A stretch of DNA of 64,000 nucleotides, from positions 966,237 through 1,030,236 of the forward strand of contig OZ242359.1 in the NCBI GenBank assembly GCA_965208855.1, read 5' to 3'. The notes under the pieces are model-generated. The model ran no database searches, was not told the DNA's origin, and saw nothing but the letters and a program-made list of their open reading frames with translations. Below are positions 19,557 through 26,811 of the stretch, in pieces. Made by a program: the position numbers and the translations under genes. Within the stretch, counting starts at the first letter, position 1. The number at the start of each line of letters is the position of its first letter. The DNA comes from Candidatus Azotimanducaceae bacterium (GTDB lineage Bacteria; Pseudomonadota; Gammaproteobacteria; Pseudomonadales; Azotimanducaceae).

Positions 19557-19620
19557 TGGCTTTGTATTTCTCCGTATCCTGATTCCTGCCTGATATCCCA
19601 TAGCAGTTGAAAACATCGTT

Positions 19621-19797
19621 TCAAACATCCTTTCCAGGCAATGGCCTATCCTTGCGAATTTTACGTTGCCAGGCAGCAGGGTCTTTAATATGCGAGAACA
19701 AGTTTTTGGACTCTACTTCCTGCATGAGTAGAGCAAGCCTTGTACCACTAGGCTCTTCCTTTGGCAGTTTCTTTTTGTCTTTAGTCATTTTTTTCAT
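19621..19797 (-). CDS. small hypothetical protein (58 aa, basic)
   Basis: This is my own translation, below the ORF-track cutoff: MKKMTKDKKKLPKEEPSGTRLALLMQEVESKNLFSHIKDPAAWQRKIRKDRPLPGKDV. It is AT-rich and no family is recognised. Confidence 0.3.
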   Translation of the reverse strand: MKKMTKDKKKLPKEEPSGTRLALLMQEVESKNLFSHIKDPAAWQRKIRKDRPLPGKDV

Positions 19798-19948
19798 ATT
19801 ACTGAGTTGTTTGCCGAATTGGCTTATGAGTGTATCGTTTTTATTGAAAGATTAATGCAGCAATTTCAAAGACTCGGCAAGGCAAGATACACAATCCACC
19901 ACTGAGTAGCTGCTAAGGGCTACCACCTTTGTATTTCTCCAGGCTCCG

Positions 19949-20018
19949 TCAATCCCAGGCGATGGGGGGTTGTTCCCATCGCCGACGGTTCCTCCCGCCG
20001 AAGGCGGGAATCCAGAGG
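19949..20018. repeat. single REP unit (module A hairpin plus CCCGCCGAAGGCGGGAATCCAGAG)
   Basis: Read directly. It is embedded in AT-rich island DNA. Confidence 0.85.
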
Positions 20019-20140
20019 AATAAACAGCACTACCTTACCAGCCTCGTCTAGCCCGCTAGCGACTCTTTGCTATTGGGGGAAAAGGCTTCTTTCAATACCG
20101 CTTGCATCAGTTGTTTGGAATGGGTTTGGCTGGTCATTTT

Positions 20141-20512
20141 TTAATCGATATACACAAAAGATTGAGGTGCCTGTTTTATATTGAAATCTTGTAATTCTTT
20201 GTGTTTCTCATATTTTTTTGGGCTTTTAACCTTGATTGCATGTCCAATATCTCGTCCGCTGAAATACTCATCATAAAAATCTTTATCAACTCCCGCATGC
20301 TCCATAGTTTGCTTCCATAAGTCTGAGATGTCTGAAGATATAATATCCTCTACTTTAAATTCACCAATAACCTTACTTATCGGGCTTGACGCATAAACAA
20401 CTACTTTTTCTACAGAACGAACACGGAAAATAACCTTTCTAAACTCATAATGCTTTTTACCTGAAAATATTAAATTTGCATATTTTGGTTTAATCGATAA
20501 TAAAACCTTCAT
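20141..20512 (-). CDS. stand-alone ASCH-domain (PUA-like) protein
   Basis: 123-aa ORF. MKVLLSIKPKYANLIFSGKKHYEFRK...VVVYASSPISKVIGEF...PQSFVYI matches my recollection of COG4933-type ASCH proteins. It overlaps the upstream gene by 23 nt. Confidence 0.75.
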   Translation of the reverse strand: MKVLLSIKPKYANLIFSGKKHYEFRKVIFRVRSVEKVVVYASSPISKVIGEFKVEDIISSDISDLWKQTMEHAGVDKDFYDEYFSGRDIGHAIKVKSPKKYEKHKELQDFNIKQAPQSFVYID

Positions 20513-22004
20513 CTGCTTCTGACTCCCGTAATATTAATTCAAATTGTTCTTTGGTAATTGGTTCAAATCCTCTTGGGGCGCTATCTATATCTTTTATGAC
20601 TGTTAGTTCTATTAATTTGTCTAAATTTAATCTTTTAGGGAAAAAATATAAGTACAGAAATTTAACAACAAACGGTCTGTTTTGAGGGTCACGGTCCCAG
20701 TGTTTCAAAAGCTCTTCATCGGAAAATACACTGCGTTTTTGACATAAGTTAATAAATTCCTCTTGGGTTTTGATGTCTATAAAAACATTATCAACAACAC
20801 CAATAGTTGTTATAACACTTATGTGACGCCCACCAGTTCGATAAAACAAAATAATATCGCCTTTGTTTATATTTTTCTTCCAAGATCTAGAAATATAAAC
20901 CTTTTGTATTGCATTTCTATGAGGTTTATCATCGATAAAATTTTCAGGGTTTTCATTATTTAACATCGAATCTGGCAACAAATCGGTATGGTATTCTGGG
21001 TAAATTGGTACAAGAAAGAATTGTCTATTTTTATCTATAATTGGATGGGTTGATTTTGGATTATCTCTATTTGGTGTTGGGTGAAAATCTTTTATGTATA
21101 CTTGCTCATCGCCCGTGGGTGTATTCTTTATTCCATGATGTGTGAAACCCCAATCTTCTAATAATGCAATAAGAATTTGGTGGTTGTCTGTTTTGTTGAA
21201 AACGGTGACATAAATCTCATCAACATGATTTATTAAGGCATTGTCGAATATAATTTTTAAGAATCTTTCTCCTAGTTTATACCCAGTAGATACGACTTTA
21301 AAAGTTCCAATTTTTAATCTTTTCTTCGGAAGTAATAGCGGTTGTATGTCGTTATAATTTTCTTCCTCTGTTTCAGTTTTTATATATAAAAACGCTACAA
21401 TTTCATCCGCTTGAGATTTGCATACATAAGCATCCTCCTCAGACTTTGAATTAAACCATTTGTCAAATTCTTGATAGTCATTACGGAAAGAATCAAAGAA
21501 AGAATCTTTTATATTTAAATTTCCAAAATGTTTTCTTCGTACTGATAGAGTTTTATAGTCAGACAAACCTGGATTTTCAGCAGTTGATTTTTCTATGAAA
21601 TCATTAATTGAAAATATCTTGTGTTCAATATTTAGCCTTGTTGCTTTCTTATGAATCCCTCTATCTTCGGTGATTAAGTAATCAACTCGGTTTTCAAGAA
21701 CTTCTTTCAATAATGAAGTGTCTATTGCATCATTTTCATTTGTATCAATATCATTTCTTATCGATTGAATTGCATCAGATTCTGGTGCTTCTGTTTTAAG
21801 TAAATTGTAGTTTTGAATTTTGGTTTCTATTGTTTTGACAACTTTCTTGTCTTTGTGTTTTTTTATTTCATCTATTGATAATGGCGAAATACATTTTTCA
21901 TAACGTAATTTATCCAGCCAATTGAATAAAATGCCGATATCTTTATTTGTAACCCTACTAGCCTCTCTGTGAAGCAATATATTGGTATCTAGAAGAACTT
22001 TCAT
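20490..22004 (-). CDS. multidomain protein: N-terminal PIN-like nuclease, central GNAT-like acetyltransferase, C-terminal PUA-like (EVE/ASCH-like) module
   Basis: The ORF spans 20490-22025 with a TTG start. I prefer the ATG at 22004 (MKVLLDTNILL), 1 nt after the kinase stop. PIN acidic residues appear in LLDTN, DAIDTSLL and ITEDRG. The GNAT-like stretch is EIVAFLYIK...GYKLGERFLKIIFDNA...LEDWGF. The C-terminal stretch is KGDIILFYRTGG..ISVITTIGVV. The domain calls for the middle and C-terminal parts are by eye. Confidence 0.65.
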   Translation of the reverse strand: MKVLLDTNILLHREASRVTNKDIGILFNWLDKLRYEKCISPLSIDEIKKHKDKKVVKTIETKIQNYNLLKTEAPESDAIQSIRNDIDTNENDAIDTSLLKEVLENRVDYLITEDRGIHKKATRLNIEHKIFSINDFIEKSTAENPGLSDYKTLSVRRKHFGNLNIKDSFFDSFRNDYQEFDKWFNSKSEEDAYVCKSQADEIVAFLYIKTETEEENYNDIQPLLLPKKRLKIGTFKVVSTGYKLGERFLKIIFDNALINHVDEIYVTVFNKTDNHQILIALLEDWGFTHHGIKNTPTGDEQVYIKDFHPTPNRDNPKSTHPIIDKNRQFFLVPIYPEYHTDLLPDSMLNNENPENFIDDKPHRNAIQKVYISRSWKKNINKGDIILFYRTGGRHISVITTIGVVDNVFIDIKTQEEFINLCQKRSVFSDEELLKHWDRDPQNRPFVVKFLYLYFFPKRLNLDKLIELTVIKDIDSAPRGFEPITKEQFELILRESEADEGFIID

Positions 22005-22005
22005 A

Positions 22006-22542
22006 TCATTGCTCCAAATCGCCAATGAAGTTCAAAATTTTATTGGTTCCATTATTTATATCAAGCTCAATATAAGGTATTTGTAAACTAGCCGCTACAC
22101 TTTTTGAATATTTTAATTCTTCATTCTGAAATGACAATAACAAACCACGATCGTATGGTATTCCATCTCGCTTGGCATTTTTTCTTTGTATATTATCAAT
22201 TCTATCATGCAGAGTTATGATTGCTTTAGGCGATATGGAATCAAAAGTTTTTTGTGGTATGCGTTTTATATTACGCTCGGGGTCTAGCAAGCAAAAATGT
22301 CCATCCAGCAAACAGAGTCGAGTGTTATCGACATGATTATCAATCGCTGTTATTAAACTATTCTGATTTCCTTCAATATCTACGACTGACTTGTTGTCTT
22401 TGTTGATTGAGTTTGAGTTCAACATACCAATAAGGTTGCTGGCAGAATAATAATTCGCATCAACATCCACCAAAATTTTATCGCATAGCGTCGTTTTTCC
22501 TACACCATGAATACCACCGATAAATATTATATTTCTAGTCAC
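22006..22542 (-). CDS. small P-loop NTPase / nucleotide-(or RNA-)kinase-like protein
   Basis: 178-aa ORF with a GTG start and Walker A GGIHGVGKTT. A candidate Walker B-like hydrophobic strand ending in Asp is LCLLDGH. The size fits the adenylate-kinase-like fold. Confidence 0.65.
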   Translation of the reverse strand: MTRNIIFIGGIHGVGKTTLCDKILVDVDANYYSASNLIGMLNSNSINKDNKSVVDIEGNQNSLITAIDNHVDNTRLCLLDGHFCLLDPERNIKRIPQKTFDSISPKAIITLHDRIDNIQRKNAKRDGIPYDRGLLLSFQNEELKYSKSVAASLQIPYIELDINNGTNKILNFIGDLEQ

Positions 22543-22612
22543 GATGTTCTCTTGTAAATTTTCGCTCCAACTCGGTCAGGGACGATAGTTATAATTCTAT
22601 CGCTATTCTATT

Positions 22613-23887
22613 TCACTGCTGTCCCGCTAACGGTTTAATAAAGGAGGCCAAGCTTTCCCTTAATTGATACAATAAGTTTCGACAACACATTGTTTCAAAA
22701 AGGAAAAACTGGCCATGGCACATTGTAATACGATTCTTTCACAAATACTAAAACTAATACCAAAACATGAATTTGAGATCCTTGCAAAACAGCATCATTC
22801 AGGCCGATCTTTCCGAACGGCTTCCCGCTGGTCACAGTTTGTTACCATGACCATTGGGCAATTAGCGGGACGAAATAGTTTGCGTGATATCGTTGAAAAT
22901 ATATCGGCACAAACTCACAGGCTTTACCATTTGGGCAGTGCAAAGCTTTCTCGATCTAACTTGTCTCGCATTAATGAAGATAAACCCTACGCTCTTTATG
23001 AAGCCTTATTTGGAAAGCTATTGAATCGCTGCCAAGCGACGACTCCGGAACATGGTTTTCGTTTTAATAACCCACTGTATTCGCTTGATGCATCCACGAT
23101 CGATCTCTGTTTATCCACTTTTCCGTGGGCTGATTTCCGTTCAACAAAAGGCGCTGTTAAACTTCACGTAGGCTTGAATCATGCTGGATATATGCCAGAG
23201 TTTGTCACGATTACTGAAGGTAAAACCAGTGACATTGAAGTGGGTCGAACCTTAAGTTTCCCTAAAGGCAGTATCGTTGCCATAGATCGCGGTTATAATG
23301 ATTATTCCTGGTTTAACTCACTGACAAACAAGGGTATTTTCTTTGTTACTCGGCTGAAGTCCAATGCCAAAATACGCACAGTCCGTCGTCATGCCATAGC
23401 GTCTGGAAAAGGTTTGACCAGCGACCAAACTATTGAGTTTACAGGCACTCAAACAGCAAAAAAGTGTCCTGTTCAGCTGCGCCGTATTGGATATAAGGAT
23501 GCTGAAACAGGTAAGCACTACGTGTTTTTAACCAACAATTTCAAGTTGTCGGCTAAAACCATTGCTGATATTTATAAGTCGCGCTGGCAGGTTGAATTAT
23601 TCTTCAAATGGATTAAGCAAAACCTTAAAATCAAGTCTTTTGTCGGCACCAGTAAAAATGCGGTTATGACACAAATCTGGATTGCGTTATGTGTTTACTT
23701 ACTCGTTGTGTTTCTTAAATTCCAGTCGAAGTTAACCAAAACGTTGCAACAAATGTTACGTATCTTGCAGCTTAATTTATTTGAAAAACGCGATCTGATA
23801 GCCTTGATTAGGGGCGACCCGATTAAAGATGTTAACTTTGATCCCTGTCAGATGATTTTAATGTGAAAGTTAACGGGACAGCAGTGA
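22613..23887 (+). mobile_element. IS4-family insertion sequence (1275 bp)
   Basis: The terminal inverted repeats are TCACTGCTGTCCCGCTAAC (22613-22631) and the reverse complement of 23869-23887, TCACTGCTGTCCCGTTAAC, matching at 18 of 19 positions. There is a single transposase ORF. I found no clear target-site duplication. Confidence 0.85.
22715..23866 (+). CDS. IS4-family DDE transposase (DUF4372-type N-terminus)
   Basis: 383-aa ORF. The N-terminus KHEFEILAKQHHSGRSFRTASRWSQFVTMTIGQLAGRNSLRDI is typical of this IS4 subgroup. DRGY and YKSRWQVELFFKWIKQ motifs are present. Confidence 0.9.
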   Translation: MAHCNTILSQILKLIPKHEFEILAKQHHSGRSFRTASRWSQFVTMTIGQLAGRNSLRDIVENISAQTHRLYHLGSAKLSRSNLSRINEDKPYALYEALFGKLLNRCQATTPEHGFRFNNPLYSLDASTIDLCLSTFPWADFRSTKGAVKLHVGLNHAGYMPEFVTITEGKTSDIEVGRTLSFPKGSIVAIDRGYNDYSWFNSLTNKGIFFVTRLKSNAKIRTVRRHAIASGKGLTSDQTIEFTGTQTAKKCPVQLRRIGYKDAETGKHYVFLTNNFKLSAKTIADIYKSRWQVELFFKWIKQNLKIKSFVGTSKNAVMTQIWIALCVYLLVVFLKFQSKLTKTLQQMLRILQLNLFEKRDLIALIRGDPIKDVNFDPCQMILM

Positions 23888-24154
23888 CCTGCTTTACTGA
23901 TATTGCAACCAACTGAATACCGTGGCGACATGAACTTCGCTCAATTTAATAAGCGATTACCTCAAATTCTACAAAATACCAATGAAATTCACCATCCATC
24001 ATACGCGTGGCAAAGCCCGATGCGGGCAGATGGATGATGGGGTCCACTTCAAAATTAATTGCTAAACTATTCAAATATTTGTTATCACTCCTTTACTCCG
24101 TATCTTTTTTTGAACTATTAGATAAATGATTAGCAAAGTATGCGATTCTCCAAA

Positions 24155-25216
24155 TTAACGCCATAAAAATGCCCAAATAATTTTTATAACTCCTAACAAT
24201 CCTGACCATACTATGAGCCCTATCCACTTCATTCCTTCACTCAAGTCTTGCTCAATTCCTTTTCCAACCAACTGTCCAAAGGCCAGCCTAAATTGTGCTT
24301 TCGTATGTCCCTGCTTCGCAGCTTTCCTATACCAATACATTGCTTCACGCTCATCCTTTATAACTCCTTCACCATTAAAGTATGCAACACCTAAATCATA
24401 TTGCGCTTTCATGTGTCCCTGCCTTGCAGCTTTACTATACCAACCCACTCCCATATCCTTGTCTTGTTCAACACCCTTACCATTAAAATATGCAACACCT
24501 AAATCATATTGCGCTAAAGGGAACCCGTTTTCGGCAGCTTTGCGATACCATCGATTTCCTTCACGCTTGTCCTGCGCAACGCCTTCTCCATTGAGATATG
24601 CTAAACCTATACCGTATTGTGCTAACGCAATCCCCTGCTCCGCTGCCTTGCGAGTCCAGCGCACTCCTTCACGCTTGTCCTGTTCAACGCCCTCGCCATT
24701 AAAATATGCAAGACCTAAATTATATTGCGCTGTGGCAAGTCCCTGCTCCGCCGCCTTCCGGGTCCAACGTACTGCCTCACTTTTATCCTGCGAAACACCT
24801 TCTCCAGTGAAGTATGTAACACCTAACCAATATTGTGCGAACGCAACCCCCTGTTCAGCAGCTTTACGCCACCAATAGGTTGCTTCATGCTTATCTATCT
24901 CAACACCATACCCATAAAAGTACATAAACCCTAAACTTTGTTGCGCTAACGGCGTTCCCTCTTCCGCATCTATATAAAGCTGACGCAATCCCTCACCCTT
25001 AGCGTATCTAATACTTTTTAGATATTTTTCAATATCTGAAATAGATGACGATGTAAGCTTTGCAATTTCTTCTTCCGTCCATGATTTTGTTAATGCTATC
25101 TCTTCTTTTGTGTACTCATCACCTTTCATGGTTTCCACAATAAATAAAATCGTTGGCATAATAATCACGATTAATGCCAACAATGCTCCAATTACTTGAG
25201 CAATATTTTTAAACAT
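24155..25216 (-). CDS. Sel1-like repeat (SLR) protein with N-terminal membrane anchor
   Basis: 353-aa ORF with an N-terminal hydrophobic helix and about 7 tandem 36-aa units of the form AEQGxAxAQYxLGxAYxNGEGVxQDKxEGVRWxRKAA. Confidence 0.85.
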   Translation of the reverse strand: MFKNIAQVIGALLALIVIIMPTILFIVETMKGDEYTKEEIALTKSWTEEEIAKLTSSSISDIEKYLKSIRYAKGEGLRQLYIDAEEGTPLAQQSLGFMYFYGYGVEIDKHEATYWWRKAAEQGVAFAQYWLGVTYFTGEGVSQDKSEAVRWTRKAAEQGLATAQYNLGLAYFNGEGVEQDKREGVRWTRKAAEQGIALAQYGIGLAYLNGEGVAQDKREGNRWYRKAAENGFPLAQYDLGVAYFNGKGVEQDKDMGVGWYSKAARQGHMKAQYDLGVAYFNGEGVIKDEREAMYWYRKAAKQGHTKAQFRLAFGQLVGKGIEQDLSEGMKWIGLIVWSGLLGVIKIIWAFLWR

Positions 25217-25353
25217 TGTTTTATTTCCCTTATTTTTCCCACGTGACTTGTAAGAATGTAAGAGTGTAATAATTACTTTTTAGCTCGTTACATTAGCCAC
25301 AAAGAAAGATGCAATTATCAATGCTATTTAGCCCGCATCAGATTTTCTGCAAG

Positions 25354-26145
25354 TTACTCCACAAGATTTTCAATCGCTTCCAACCGTCTCTCTGTTTCTT
25401 TCCGTGCATCGCGGATTTCATTTTGTGACAGAGACCAATTATCGGGAAAATTATTTGCCGCTAATTTATTGCCACTGGCCTTGGAAATGGAAAGCCAGAT
25501 ATAGGCTTCATATTCATCGGTGATAACGCCATCCCCCACTAAGTATGAAACACCTAACCTAAATTGCGCAGCCGCATCTCCCTGCTCCGCAGCTTTGCGA
25601 GTCCAGCGCACTGCCTCACGCTTGTCCTGCGCAACGCCCTCGCCTTTATTGTATGCAAAACTTAACCTATATTGCGCTTTCGCATCTCCCTGCTCCGCTG
25701 CCTTGCGAGTCCAGCGCACTCCTTCACGCTTGTCCTGTTCAACGCCCTCGCCATTAAAATATGCATAACCTAAATTATATTGCGCTTCTGCAACTCCCTG
25801 CTCCGCAGCTTTTCGAATCCAGCGCACTGCCTCACGCTTGTCCTGCACAACGCCCTCATCATAATAATATACACCTAAATTATATTGCGCTTTAGCAAAT
25901 CCCTGTTCCGCCGCTTTGCGCCACCAACGCACTCCCTCACGCTTGTCCTGTGCAACATCCTCGCCATGATAGTAGGCATTACCTAAATTATATTGCGCTT
26001 CTGCAACTCCCTGCTCCGCCGCTATTTCAAATTGCGCTATTTCTTCCTCTGTCCACACAACATGTTTTGTCGTTTGCGAAACAAACACCACGGACACCAC
26101 AGACACCAACAAAACCCCAGCTACCAAAACAATTTTTTTAAACAT
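25354..26145 (-). CDS. Sel1-like repeat (SLR) protein with N-terminal membrane anchor
   Basis: The ORF spans 25354-26193. I prefer the ATG at 26145 (MFKKIVLVAG), which has a GAGGAG RBS 8 nt upstream. It has 5 SLR units. Confidence 0.85.
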   Translation of the reverse strand: MFKKIVLVAGVLLVSVVSVVFVSQTTKHVVWTEEEIAQFEIAAEQGVAEAQYNLGNAYYHGEDVAQDKREGVRWWRKAAEQGFAKAQYNLGVYYYDEGVVQDKREAVRWIRKAAEQGVAEAQYNLGYAYFNGEGVEQDKREGVRWTRKAAEQGDAKAQYRLSFAYNKGEGVAQDKREAVRWTRKAAEQGDAAAQFRLGVSYLVGDGVITDEYEAYIWLSISKASGNKLAANNFPDNWSLSQNEIRDARKETERRLEAIENLVE

Positions 26146-26230
26146 TGTGTTACTCCTCTTTGTTTGTTGGATATTCAAGCCTGAAACCCTCACGAGGTAG
26201 GTCTACATAGTAGCGTTTTTCTACTTTAAC

Positions 26231-26480
26231 TAAGTGCGTGCCCCGCGTCACTCCCATTGCAGTTTCGCTTCGCGGAACCGCAACTCTGGACCCCCGGGCT
26301 ACGCCTGGGAAACACTGTCGGCGATGGGAACAACCCCCCATCGCCTGGAATGACGGGAAGGAACTGGATCCCCGCCGGCGGCGAGGACGGTAAGGGGCAA
26401 GCCGGGCACATTGTTAATGGCGGCTTACGCCGCCACTCTGGATTCCCGGGCTACGCCCGACAAGAATGACGGGAAAAAGC
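26231..26480. repeat. REP-like mosaic cluster (modules C, A, B)
   Basis: It contains TCACTCCCATTGC...GCGGAACCGCAACTCTGGA, one module-A hairpin (about 26300-26345), and GGCGGCTTACGCCGCCACTCTGGATTCCCGGGCTACGCC. Confidence 0.9.
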
Positions 26481-26583
26481 AAACCCGAGGATGGCGGCAA
26501 GCGGCAAGCCCGCCTCTGCGCCACTAGAGCGGAATGGACGGAAAGCGAGCGGGCCGTGTGCCCTAGATGGGCCTGTTGTCCGC

Positions 26584-26808
26584 CTAGTGATAGGTGAACA
26601 CAAGGGACAGCTTGGTTTCATTCGTCAGGTTCCGGTCTGCGGCATGAAACAACTTGCTATGAAAGAAGAGCGCGTCTCCCTGAATGAGCAGGTTGTCGCT
26701 GCTCGGGTCACCATAAACCCCTTTCCCCGCAGTCTCCAAAATGCGGTATGGCACTTGTTCCGATGCCTTGATGTCGTCCTTTCGGGTGAGCCAGTTCAGC
26801 GTCGGCAT
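26584..26808 (-). pseudogene. chimeric remnant: N-terminus of an N6/N4 DNA methyltransferase (type III Mod-like) fused to a degraded duplicate of the phyH 3' end
   Basis: MPTLNWLTRKDDIKASEQVPYRILE...DNLLIQGD is the canonical start of Mod-type methylases. From QGD onward, ALFFHSKLFHAADRNLTNETKLSLVFTYH* parallels the end of the intact gene at 28466-29236. Nucleotide similarity continues down to about 26520. Confidence 0.7.
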
Positions 26809-26811
26809 GAT

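Noticed and set aside
19440-19600. A tRNA or tmRNA 3' end as the island attachment site
   Set aside because: I found no T-arm consensus (GGTTCGAnTCC), no acceptor/CCA context and no tmRNA-like 3' terminus here or anywhere else in the window. I reported the region as an unclassified sRNA candidate instead.
19607-19855. An 82-aa plus-strand ORF at the start of the island
   Set aside because: It has a hydrophobic low-complexity translation, lies downstream of a strong terminator and has no RBS. The opposite strand holds a more protein-like 58-aa basic ORF, which I still rate as low confidence.
23888-24154. A short ORF (MNFAQFNKRLPQILQNTNEIHHPSYAWQSPMRADG) and possible extra IS-related sequence right of the IS4 element
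   Set aside because: It is only about 35 codons, has no RBS and no recognisable family. It is probably non-coding island DNA.
24213-24878. A 221-aa plus-strand ORF with a striking periodic pattern (..CSAALR..PSRLSC..TPSPLKYA..)
   Set aside because: It is the antisense frame of the Sel1-repeat gene, and its periodicity simply mirrors the 108-nt SLR units.
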